The notes under the pieces are model-generated. The model was not told the origin of the DNA, ran no database searches, and saw only the letters and a list, made by a program, of their open reading frames with translations. The translations under genes were made by a program, and so were the position numbers. From contig JAUCBJ010001976.1 of the NCBI GenBank assembly GCA_032718475.1, positions 1-34,230 of the forward strand: DNA of 34,230 bases. The letters run 5' to 3'. Positions 1 to 9,197 of this stretch are shown here, one piece after another; the stretch's first letter is position 1; every line of letters starts with the position of its first letter. The DNA is from Nemertoderma westbladi (taxonomy: Eukaryota > Animalia > Xenacoelomorpha).

Positions 1-1
1 G

Positions 2-2641
2 GACGATATTGACTTCTCAATCCCAGATGTGGACGTTAGGAAGGTATCCATCATAGTAGGAATGGACTGCCCGACGGCCCGCGAAAGAATGCAAACGGTC
101 TTCGGCGAAGACAAGCAGTCTGACCCGGTGGCAATACTGACACCATTCGGGTGGACGCTAAGTGGCCCAATCAAGAGCAAGATACCATTTAGGATGTCGG
201 AGACATCAGGATGCATGTTCGCGGGAACTATGCAGGAAATGAGTGATGAGAGAGCAGAGGAGCAACTTAAAAGACTGCTCAGACAGGATTTTGAAGGATT
301 AAAGGAGACCGGGGTCGGGACCTCGGTGGAAGACAAACAGGCTCAGCAGAGCGTAGAGGAGTCTATGAAGTGCGACGAGGGGCGGTACACCATAGGAATG
401 GTATGGAAACTACCGAAGTTACCACTGCCCGATAATAGAGGGATGGTACTCACGAGACTCCGCAAGCTGAAACAAACTCTAAAACGGAGCCCCGAGAAGA
501 ATGAGTACATCCACAGAACGATTAAGAAGTACGTCGAGAAAGGATGGGCCGTGGAGTTACCGGTCGACGAACCGAACACGGACAGGACATATTACCTGCC
601 ACTCCGCGTGGCTTTAGACCCAAAGAAAGGTAAACTGCGGATGGTAGTTGACGCATCGGCAAAGACCAACAGAAAATGCTTAAACGACTATCTGTTAGAA
701 GGTCCAAACATATACAACTCGGGGATAGAGGTCCTACTTAGATTTAGAAATGGGAAACACGCCCTCACATGTGACATAGAAGGCATGTTCAACCAAGTCC
801 GTGTAACGGAGGAAGATAGCGACAGTCAACGCTTCTTGTGGTATAACCTCGAGGAAGAACCGTCAATAATACCGGCATATAAGATGGTAGTACAAAACAT
901 GGGAGCCAAGTCGTCTTCATTTACGACGACTATGGCAGTGAGAGATACAGTGAAGGGAAAGGAAGATAGATACAGCACTAGGGCCGTCGATATGATTCGA
1001 CGCGGCTTCTACGTAGACGACGGAATGGAGTCTGGAAATACGGTTAAGGAGATACTGGACACAGGGTGCGAGGTTCGCGACATCCTAAAAGGATCCAGCT
1101 TTAACCTGACCAAATTCCAATCCAGTTCGGAGGAATTTATCAAGGCGATAGAGGACAAGAGACCAGAATCGACCATGGATAATCCCACAACAGCCAAAGG
1201 GCAGGACATGGCGAACAAGAGAACAGAATCTCAACAGAAGGCATTGGGAATCGTGTGGAACAGAGAGACAGACGAACTGAAGTATCAGCTGAGCCAGGAG
1301 GGCGCAGACATCCACACGAAGAGGGGCTATGTGTCGTATATAGCAAGGATATACGATCCCCTAGGTCTAGCATACCCATTATTAGTCACGGGGAAACAGA
1401 TACTCAAGAGAGTATACAAATTGAAGGATGAGTGGGACGTAGAGGTACCAGAGGAAATCAAGAAACAGTGGAGTAAGTGGACAGGAGACTTGGAGAAGAT
1501 GGGAACATACAACATGCCACGAGTGTATTTCCCGGATGGGAACATGACGAATATGGACCTACACATGTTCTCCGATGCGTCGTTGGAGGCGTACGGAGCG
1601 GCACTCTATTTAGTACAACGAGAGGGGGCTCACAAGCCCAGACTGGCCTTTAGCAAAGCAAAGTCAACGCCGCCAGATTCAGCATCAGTTCCCAAATTAG
1701 AATTGACAGCTGCGAGACTAGGAGTTAGAGCCACAGCCTACCTAGTGGATACTATTCCCAACATAGTGGAGACACACTACTGGACGGACTCCATGGTAGT
1801 GCTTGGTTGGATACATAACGAAAGGACGAGATACCCTATATTCATCGCGAACAGGGTGGACGAGATAAGGGCGACCACAGAATTGGAAAGGTGGCACTAC
1901 TGCCCAACGGATGAGAACCCAGCGGTCTTGTTATCACGGGGCGTGGCACGCCACACTTTCTTAAAAAAGGAAGGATTGTGGCAACACGGGCCGCAGTTTC
2001 TGAGCGACAAGGAGGCCTGGCCGCCGATGAGAAAGGTGGACCCGGACTCAGGAGAGGTAGTGTCAGAAGGAGAAGAGGGAGATTCAGAGGAAGAAGAGAT
2101 ATACTCCCAGATGGTGAGGGAGATAAGGGACGTGCAACCTAAACCAGAAGAACTGTGCGATAACCCAACAGATAAACTCCTCAGCTACAGCTCTAGTTGG
2201 TATAAGACCAAGAAATTAGTGGCGTACTGGAGAGCCTTCGGGAATTTCCTCGCGGGAGTTGGCAAAGACAAGAAGATCAGGACAACCATAGATCTGGAAG
2301 GAGCGGCCAAGGCAGTCATCCGCTATGAACAACGGAAGAACTATGGCGACGAGGTGGAACGCGTCGGTAACCAACAGCACCTCCGACGGGACAGCGAGCT
2401 GATCACGCTGTTGCCACAACTTAATGACGACGGGATTCTAGTAATGAATTCTAGGGTGGGATACAACAACAGCATAGTCGTACCACCGAAACCCATCATC
2501 ATTCCCACAGGATCACCAATAGTCCACCAGATTATCTGGGACTCCCATAAGTCGATATTGCACGGGGGCACCAACCGAACTCTCACGGAGATAAGGAGGA
2601 CTTTTTGGGTCAAGCAGCTGAGGAAGAAGGTAAAGCGGTAG
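2..2641 (+). CDS. pol: BEL/Pao Pol: protease C-terminus, reverse transcriptase, RNase H, start of integrase Zn finger
   Basis: Frame is open from the window edge. Motifs: IIVG and TPFGWTLSG (protease end); YYLP, KLRMVVDAS, LNDYLLEGP, DIEGMFNQV, FYVDD (RT); IYDPLG, HMFSDAS, PKLEL, WTDS, FIANRV (RNase H region); H-KSIL-H (integrase). Expected NPAD reads NPAV at 1925-1927. Confidence 0.95.
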   Translation, partial: DDIDFSIPDVDVRKVSIIVGMDCPTARERMQTVFGEDKQSDPVAILTPFGWTLSGPIKSKIPFRMSETSGCMFAGTMQEMSDERAEEQLKRLLRQDFEGLKETGVGTSVEDKQAQQSVEESMKCDEGRYTIGMVWKLPKLPLPDNRGMVLTRLRKLKQTLKRSPEKNEYIHRTIKKYVEKGWAVELPVDEPNTDRTYYLPLRVALDPKKGKLRMVVDASAKTNRKCLNDYLLEGPNIYNSGIEVLLRFRNGKHALTCDIEGMFNQVRVTEEDSDSQRFLWYNLEEEPSIIPAYKMVVQNMGAKSSSFTTTMAVRDTVKGKEDRYSTRAVDMIRRGFYVDDGMESGNTVKEILDTGCEVRDILKGSSFNLTKFQSSSEEFIKAIEDKRPESTMDNPTTAKGQDMANKRTESQQKALGIVWNRETDELKYQLSQEGADIHTKRGYVSYIARIYDPLGLAYPLLVTGKQILKRVYKLKDEWDVEVPEEIKKQWSKWTGDLEKMGTYNMPRVYFPDGNMTNMDLHMFSDASLEAYGAALYLVQREGAHKPRLAFSKAKSTPPDSASVPKLELTAARLGVRATAYLVDTIPNIVETHYWTDSMVVLGWIHNERTRYPIFIANRVDEIRATTELERWHYCPTDENPAVLLSRGVARHTFLKKEGLWQHGPQFLSDKEAWPPMRKVDPDSGEVVSEGEEGDSEEEEIYSQMVREIRDVQPKPEELCDNPTDKLLSYSSSWYKTKKLVAYWRAFGNFLAGVGKDKKIRTTIDLEGAAKAVIRYEQRKNYGDEVERVGNQQHLRRDSELITLLPQLNDDGILVMNSRVGYNNSIVVPPKPIIIPTGSPIVHQIIWDSHKSILHGGTNRTLTEIRRTFWVKQLRKKVKR

Positions 2642-3654
2642 TGGGGCAGTGCCAGACCTGCCGACGAGCGAAGAAGGAGCGAGCCATACAAGAGATGGCA
2701 CCACTACCAGCGAGTAGAGTAAGACAGCACGACCCGCCATTTACACATTGCGGTGTGGACATGTTCGGGCCGATAAAGATCAAGGTGATGCGGCACACGG
2801 AGAAACGCTACGGTATTATCTTCGTATGTAACAACACGCGGGCGGTAGGGATAGAACTCGCCCAAGATGCAACCGCATCAGCATTTATTAATGCATTAGA
2901 AAGATTCAGAGACTGCAAAGATGGGATGATCGCAGTAATGTACTCCGACAGTGGAACCAACTTTGTGGGAGCAGAGAACGAGATGGCAGAGGCCTTGGAC
3001 ATCTTGGAAGGGGAGGAAGTCAGGGCGGCCATGAGACGACGACAAGTAAAGTGGGAAAGAAGGACGCCGTATGCACCACATACACTAGGATGCGTCGAGA
3101 GACTGGTGGGCAGTTCAAAGCGTCTTATGACGAAGCTAATGAACACCCACATGGTCACTGAGGACGTCTTGAGGACAGTGCTTGCGAAGTGCGAGGGGAT
3201 CATTAATAGCAGACCGCTATATCCGGAGAATGATGACCCTGAGTCATTAGATGTGCTGACACCCAGCCATTTTCTAATGGAAAGGCCAGCGACCATCGAT
3301 ATGCGGGGTGTAGACCCAGATGATATACATTCCCGCCAGAGTTGGAAGGTCGCTAAAGCAATAAGCGCAGAGTATTGGAGGAGGTGGGTTGAGGAATACC
3401 TGCCCACGCTTCACAAAAGAAGCAAGTGGAGGAAGTCAAATAGGGAGTTAAGAGAGGGAGATCTCGTAATCGTTACGGATGATACTATCATCAACAACCA
3501 GTGGCGGTTGGCGAGAGTCGTAGGCACTTACTCCGATGAGGACGGAAGAGTCCGATCGGTAGAAGTGCGGATAGGTGGAAAGATCGGTGCGAAAGACAGA
3601 AAAACCTACAGGAGAGCTGTAGGGAAATGCTGTCTATTAGAAGGGGCACCTTAG
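2636..3654 (+). CDS. pol: BEL/Pao integrase (continuation of pol after a 1-nt frameshift near 2633)
   Basis: CQTC, QEMAPLP, GVDMFGP (D), SDSGTNF (D), GCVERLV (E), INSRPL, LTPSHFL, YWRRWVEEYLPTL, WRLARV, DGRVRSV. The junction GTA AAG CG GTA GTG lacks one base relative to KVK-A-VVGQC. Confidence 0.95.
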
Positions 3655-3735
3655 GGTGGAGTTAGAATGTAGTTTAGTCGTCCAAGTTTGGACTGAGGGG
3701 GGTGGGATTGAGGGCGAGATGCCCTTCCCACACAC

Positions 3736-3774
3736 AAAAAAAAAAAAATAAAAAAAAAATAAAATAAATAAAAA
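3736..3774 (+). repeat. Internal A-rich tract
   Basis: About 39 nt of A interrupted only by single T residues, ~80 nt after the integrase stop. Confidence 0.9.
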
Positions 3775-3776
3775 TT

Positions 3777-4245
3777 AGAGTTAGTTAGTTAGGAGTCAGT
3801 TAGAAGGTACATAGTACCTAGAGTTAGTTAGTTAGGAGTCAGTTAGAAGGTACGTAGTACCTAGAGTTAGTTAGTTAGTTAGTCAGATAGAAGGTACGTA
3901 GTACCTAGGGTGAGTTAGTTAGTTAGTTAGTCAGTTAGAAGGTACGTAGTACCTGGAGTTAGTTAGTGGAGTTAGAGAGTAGTAAGAGGGTACGTAGTAC
4001 CGTTAGTAGAGTTGGAAGTTAGTAAGAGGGTACGTAGTACCGTTAGTTAGAGAGTAGTAAGAGGGTACGTAGTACCGTTAGTAGAGTTAGAGTAAGAGTA
4101 GTAAGAGGGTACGTAGTACCGTTAGTTAGAGAGTAGTAAGAGGGTACGTAGTACCGTTAGTAGAGTTAGAGTAAGAGTAGTAAGAGGGTACGTAGTACTG
4201 TTAGTTAGAGGGTAGTAAGAGGGTACGTAGTACCGATTAGTAAGA
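3777..4245 (+). repeat. Tandem array: 11 copies of a GGTAC-GTA-GTACC palindromic core in TTAG/GTAG-rich spacers (~34-48 bp period)
   Basis: 11 cores counted. The first four are AGGTAC-RTA-GTACCT and the last seven are GGGTACGTAGTACYG, giving two unit subtypes. Confidence 0.95.
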
Positions 4246-4716
4246 GATAGAGGTGGAGGGGTATACATAGTATAGATATTAGTCAGTAGTTAGTAGCGAG
4301 AGGGGGGCATATGAGTACAGTTGGATAGATCGTGTAGGCCACGCGACATATACTGCTGTACTGCACAGGCCCACAGCGTAGGTCAGAATGTGGATTATGA
4401 AATAGAATAATCCATAAGCAATAAATAGTAGGAATAGATTAGAAATAAAAATAGAATAAATAGGGCTAAGAAAATTACAAATTATGGTAACAGGAGGGAA
4501 ATTATTCTGGAACATAATTAAAGCAACGGACAGAAATTGCAAATAAGGTACATTTGATAGCTACGAAATTAAGTAATAGAAATTAGGCTAAAAGGGCATA
4601 GTTAGATAGGAAATAGGCCATTATCGGACCGTACAGACCATCCTAACTGCATCACTCACTTATATTGCGCCTTGGTAAGGCACCACCTTATAGGTGAGCG
4701 ATCGGAGGAGTTCGAA

Positions 4717-6498
4717 ATGGCGGGAAAACTGATCAGAAAGAGAAAGGTGGAGTCAGGAGGAAAGGAGATACTGGTGGATTTCACCGAGAGGCATCCGGAA
4801 GAGAAGACGAGAGGATACTATGAGAGGTTGGAAAAGGGTCACGCGGCACGAGCGCTGCAGGACCACTTCCGGGAGATGCACGAACAGCGGCTGGTCGGGA
4901 CCTACGGGACGCCGTCGCTGGACAACGCGATCTTCCAACACTTCCACTATGTGGTGAAAGGAGACGAGGCGAAGTTCGGGATTCCGAAGTACGCGAGGGA
5001 GTCGCCGAGGAAGGATTGGAAGAGATTCATAGAGTCCGTCAACAGGGGAGGATATATGATCCTAGACGATGAGGGAACCGTGGAAGACGAGGAGGGTTCG
5101 AGACGAGGATCAGCGGGGTCGGCCAGGACCATACTCCTACATTTGGCCGCGCCAAATGGGGACATTTTCTTATTCGATCTAGGAACGTATGGGAAGAAGG
5201 ACGGGCCGAAACTAAACCGGTTGCCGAAAGCGGTGCAAGTCTTGGTAAGAGAGAAGTCGACGACGAAGGTGGGATCGGCGATTCGCGAGGACGCGGAGAG
5301 AATCATCGGTCCGGATGCCACCAACCTCCTGGATATGCAGAAGGTCTTCATGGCTATGACGGCACCGGATGGGTTGGGGGTAGTCGGGAACACAGGCCAA
5401 TGCGGGGCAGTGGCAATGGGCCAACTATTGGGGCTCGTATGCCACAAACCGATGGACTGGGGGAAGTTCAGGGAGGAATACGGAGCAGAACTAGCGAACT
5501 CGCTAAAGTGGGGAGCGAGACCGGGAAAGCAAGAGGTATATCAATTCCGCAGAGGAGCGATAAAGGTATATCAGAAGCGATATATCCTGCAGGAAGATTG
5601 GATGATGATAAGTTTGCTTAACTTATTCATGACCGTGGTTATCGAGAGGGAACCAGCGGCATTTCTGTTATCGGGATCACCCCTAAGATACAGGAGAGCC
5701 TTTAAAACGGCCCTCGACGGTCTGGTAGACCACCCGGGGCTGAAGGGGGAGTCGGTGTACTACAACAGCCGACATCTGATAGACGGGGAGACAGATACGC
5801 CGTATCAGAGATGGGAGCAGCTAGAGACGGATAGACGAGAGGCAAAGCGACTGGAAGAAGTCGCTAGACGGGAGAGGATAGAAGCAGAGGAGAGGGAGGA
5901 GGAGGCCAGGACGCAGAGTTACAGCTTCGAGGAACAGGCAGGCTTAGACGAACTTCGTTGGACTTCATCAGGGAGTTCGGGGGAGTCTCTAGGGCGAGAA
6001 TTGGGATGGACGGTGGGATCGCCGAAACAGTCGACGTCGGGGTTGAAAGCGATGCCCATACCAGCGGGCGCCGAAGGCGACCAACCGCCAAGGAAGTTAA
6101 GGGAGCTAGAGGGATGGAGAGCTACGGGCGAGAGCCAAGGCGGGAAGGGACATAGTGGATCCATCGGGATACCGGGGTTGGAGCCACTGCCAGAGGAGGA
6201 GGAAGACGACGACGAGTTAGGAGGGGTGCCGCCCATCGAGAGGATTGGCCACTCGGACACGGACTGGGTTGGCGGGAGGGTGGTGACGGCCAGTGGGGCG
6301 AGGGCCTTCTGGGATAGACCCGACAAGCGGGCCTGGGTGCACGAGGAGCCGGCGATGGATTTCGCAGGGAGCACTATCAGGTTGGGCGAGCAACCGGGGA
6401 CGGCACCACGGGTAGTATTCGGGGAGACGATGCCCGAGAGGGGCGGAGAGATCGACGTAGACAGGGACACCAACGTGCAGAAGTTCGCCTACCAGTGA
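4717..6498 (+). CDS. Extra ORF, N-terminal part: DEDDy 3'-5' exonuclease-like domain (RNase D/WRN/MUT-7/EXD family), charged helix and disordered linker
   Basis: ATG in GAAATGG context. ExoI YMILDDEG (D 5065, E 5071); LLHLAAPNGDIFLFDL; LPKAVQVLV; ExoII TKVGSAIREDAERI (D 5290); NLLDMQ; G-x3-M-GQLLG-x-K; ExoIII YQKRYILQED (Y 5581). Basic KLIRKRK at the N-terminus. Confidence 0.75.
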   Translation: MAGKLIRKRKVESGGKEILVDFTERHPEEKTRGYYERLEKGHAARALQDHFREMHEQRLVGTYGTPSLDNAIFQHFHYVVKGDEAKFGIPKYARESPRKDWKRFIESVNRGGYMILDDEGTVEDEEGSRRGSAGSARTILLHLAAPNGDIFLFDLGTYGKKDGPKLNRLPKAVQVLVREKSTTKVGSAIREDAERIIGPDATNLLDMQKVFMAMTAPDGLGVVGNTGQCGAVAMGQLLGLVCHKPMDWGKFREEYGAELANSLKWGARPGKQEVYQFRRGAIKVYQKRYILQEDWMMISLLNLFMTVVIEREPAAFLLSGSPLRYRRAFKTALDGLVDHPGLKGESVYYNSRHLIDGETDTPYQRWEQLETDRREAKRLEEVARRERIEAEEREEEARTQSYSFEEQAGLDELRWTSSGSSGESLGRELGWTVGSPKQSTSGLKAMPIPAGAEGDQPPRKLRELEGWRATGESQGGKGHSGSIGIPGLEPLPEEEEDDDELGGVPPIERIGHSDTDWVGGRVVTASGARAFWDRPDKRAWVHEEPAMDFAGSTIRLGEQPGTAPRVVFGETMPERGGEIDVDRDTNVQKFAYQ

Positions 6499-7281
6499 CT
6501 CCACAGACCGCGGAGATCGCTTGGGACGAAAGACGACGTGGGGCGGGAGACATTGGTACTCGGTTGCGACTACTGTGGGAGACAGACCCACCAGGAAAGG
6601 AGCTGTTTGTACCGGTTCCAAAAGGTAACCTTTTGTCTCTACTGCCGCGAGTCGAGCCATAGGATGGGGGCGTGTCCACGGTTGCATAACCGATGTCCGA
6701 AGTGCAACTTTCGGGGACACTACGGACGCCAGTGCGACTGGATGGACGACGAAGAGAAGTTCAGAAGATTCGAGGAGTGGGCCGACGTCGGGGCCATGAC
6801 GCGCCAGCGCATGAAGGCCCAGGAGTTCAAGTGGGGTTTCTTCCTTATCAATCAGGAGGCTCACATGGAGATCATAAAGCGGAGGCTACCGTTTACCTAT
6901 CAAGAGGTAGCAACGGCGGCGTCGTATGCCGGGGTGATGAACACACAAAGGTATTTGGACAGGTGGACGCCACAGAACCGAGGGGAGTTTAGGGATTTCC
7001 TGGCGGAGCACGTGCCGCGGGCAATGAAGATGATCATATGGGATGCCACCAGGGGGAGACAACAGGGCCACTTGGAGGGGCCACCCGCGAAGCGATATCG
7101 GGAGCTGATAACACCAGCACCCAGGGAGCCAACGACCGGGATCAGTAAGGAGGTGGCGGCGAGGGTCCGAAGACAGAAAGCGGATCCCAGAGGAGCGGTA
7201 GTGACCAGGAAACGACCCAGGGAGGAGGACGGCAAAGGGAAAGACTTGAGGTGGTTCCCAAAGTCAGGGGGGATGAACTGA
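6499..7281 (+). CDS. Extra ORF, C-terminal part: three CX2CX4HX4C zinc knuckles and a basic tail; same frame as 4717-6498
   Basis: CDYCGRQTHQERSC, CLYCRESSHRMGAC, CPKCNFRGHYGRQC (6565-6735). The frame is open immediately after the TGA at 6496-6498 (LHRPRRSLGTKDDVGRE...). C-terminal RVRRQK...RKRPR is NLS-like. Confidence 0.85.
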   Translation, partial: LHRPRRSLGTKDDVGRETLVLGCDYCGRQTHQERSCLYRFQKVTFCLYCRESSHRMGACPRLHNRCPKCNFRGHYGRQCDWMDDEEKFRRFEEWADVGAMTRQRMKAQEFKWGFFLINQEAHMEIIKRRLPFTYQEVATAASYAGVMNTQRYLDRWTPQNRGEFRDFLAEHVPRAMKMIIWDATRGRQQGHLEGPPAKRYRELITPAPREPTTGISKEVAARVRRQKADPRGAVVTRKRPREEDGKGKDLRWFPKSGGMN

Positions 7282-7960
7282 GACTTCAATGTGGTACGCC
7301 TGGAAGGCGCCACGTGGGACGTACGAACTATTAAGTACAAATTCAAAGTGATGCAAATAATTAAATAAGTGCAATTATATGTACGTACGTAGTAATCAGT
7401 AGTTTAGAATTGAAATATACGTTCGAAGTAAGTACTATAGTCATTCAACCTTTCTCAATTAGCTACTGGGACTGGGGGGCTAACTGACTATGGTACTATG
7501 GACGAGACACCAGACGACTTCACATTTCTTGAGTGCGACGGCACAAAGGGGGAGTGAGATTCGTCAGAAGGGATGGGGTAGTCAAAGGGAGGTCGAGTAG
7601 AGGTGATAGTGCAGAGTGCAAAGAGAGTGCGGATGCAATTCAAGTGTGTGGGAGGAATAAGAGGCTGAGTGAGGGACAGGGAAGTCCGAGAGTTAGAGTG
7701 GTAGTGAGGAGAAGTAGAGGAGAGCCAGGGTGAGAACAGAGTACAGTTAGAGTGGCGAAGTGTTGGGGAAACAAAAGTCGTGTGAGGAGCGCACGATCGG
7801 CCCGACATGGGACGCCAGGCAAAACGGGTAGCAATATCATACCCATCGGGAGCGGCCTGGAAAGCCGGCTCCGAAAGAAAATAGTTCCACCCCACACCCG
7901 ATAATAGATCGGGATCCAGCGGAATTGTAGCGCACTTGAGGTGGATGCTATCTTCTCACC

Positions 7961-7982
7961 GGGAAGATAGCATGGGGGGGAG
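7961..7982 (+). promoter_or_regulatory. Polypurine tract (plus-strand primer) of element 1
   Basis: GGGAAGATAGCATGGGGGGGAG directly followed by TGTT, the usual BEL/Pao PPT-LTR junction. Confidence 0.7.
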
Positions 7983-8369
7983 TGTTAGCTTATTCAATTC
8001 CGCTAACCCAAACCCATAAAGTTAACCGTTAAGCAATATTGGGAGCACGAGGTTGATTACCCAACCTCGTGTCACCCCAACAAAATGGGAAGGAGAAACA
8101 CAATAAGGGTCAGGGGCCAAACCCCTAACCGAGAGAGAATAGGTGGAGTGAACGGGAACACTCCAAAGGGCGCCAACAGGGATATTAGCCAATCAGGGGG
8201 GGAAGCATCGGCTAGGTACAGTAGCAAGGCCAAACCGTGCAATATATCATTAGGTACCAGTAATCATCTCACTTCAGTTATCACAGTGTTATTGGTGTTA
8301 CAGTAGCAATAGTTTAGCTAGGGAAGTACCGGGATTTTAATTACCGTTTCCCGCCTTCCGCTTACAACA
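7983..8369 (+). repeat. Putative 3' LTR of element 1
   Basis: Starts TGTT after the PPT. TATA-like AATATAT at 8241 and Inr TCAGTT at 8274. First AACA end is at 8369 (alternatives 8434, 8460). The 5' LTR is not in the window, so this cannot be confirmed by pairing. Confidence 0.6.
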
Positions 8370-9161
8370 ATATTTATCTTATCCATTATCTATATCTATA
8401 CTATACATATCCCGAATATTATATACAACGAACAACGTAAACTCTTTTATCTTTCACACACGGCGGGGATGCGTGAATTGACAACCGGATAAACGGGGAT
8501 CCTTCTTGGATCCCGTCACATGAATAAAGCACAGGTTAGCGGACTCAGTAAGTATTTGGATGAATTCATAAATAGTCGTATCGTTTTGGGACTTGTTATG
8601 CGGCAAAGTGCTGATATGGACTTACGTTGGAAATTTGCTGATATTTATTTGAAATCCTTAATATTGGCGAATAAAAGTGCGATTGATTCTCTCAAAACAG
8701 CTTTTAACGGTAAAATTTAATGCAGAAATTTTCCCAAACATATCATATTTAAGTTCTGTAGTAAAACTGATATACTGTAAAACAGTGAAGAAGTGGGATA
8801 CTACTTTGTTTCAGAATCAATTTCAATGTAGGCAGTAATGGCTTTGAAATGTAAGTCGAGATGACATAACTTTTGGATAGTCAATATTTTGGAGGAATTC
8901 TATTAAAGAAAATTATATTGAGCTAACAAAATCTCAGCTAGTACTGTGGTTATTTGGTTCTGAAAGGCCCGCTATTGGTCCTAATATTTCAGTTATTTTC
9001 AAGGAATGCACTCCTACGTTTTAAATAATGACGAAATACCTAAATATTGATTTCCTTTAACTGAAATATATAGCAATTACACTTTTTCACAAGCACATAA
9101 GCACATTTCCTTAGCTTTATACATGCACAGGTACAGTAGGTAAATGGCCAAGCACACTCAC

Positions 9162-9197
9162 TATACTATAATGCCATCTATCTTGCTCATCAATCTT
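9162..9197 (-). CDS. Possible 36-bp host exon (KIDEQDRWHYSI)
   Basis: Minus strand TTCTAG|AAG...ATA|GTGAGT; phase 0 and compatible with the upstream candidate exon. Confidence 0.35.

Larger units (their letters stand above)
1..8369 (+). mobile_element. BEL/Pao LTR retrotransposon, element 1 (5' part outside window) with extra 3' ORF
   Basis: Domain order PR-RT-RNaseH-IN with BEL/Pao-type motifs, followed by a repeat array, an extra ORF, a polypurine tract and a TG-starting LTR-like segment. The + strand is purine-rich through pol and the extra ORF. The right boundary is uncertain. Confidence 0.85.

Noticed and set aside
2605-2641. Programmed ribosomal frameshift in pol
   Set aside because: It falls inside the integrase HHCC finger with no canonical slippery heptamer at the junction; a 1-nt deletion explains it.
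3777-3965. Telomeric TTAGG repeats
   Set aside because: The units are TTAG within a longer composite repeat, not TTAGG runs.
3777-4245. CRISPR-like array next to a nuclease gene
   Set aside because: Spacers are low-complexity and mutually related, the core is only 13 bp, there are no cas genes, and the context is a eukaryotic retrotransposon.
4717-7281. env gene, or gag of a second nested element
   Set aside because: No signal peptide, fusion-protein or TM pattern; no capsid motif or downstream protease/RT; the knuckle spacing differs from the BEL Gag triplet.
7488-7897. ORFs in the 3' UTR of element 1
   Set aside because: Short or antisense, no motifs; explained by strand compositional bias.
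7983-8928. 8-bp inverted match TGTTAGCT / AGCTAACA (8921-8928) as the LTR end
   Set aside because: Could be chance; composition shifts to AT-rich host-like DNA well before, and nearer CA ends exist.
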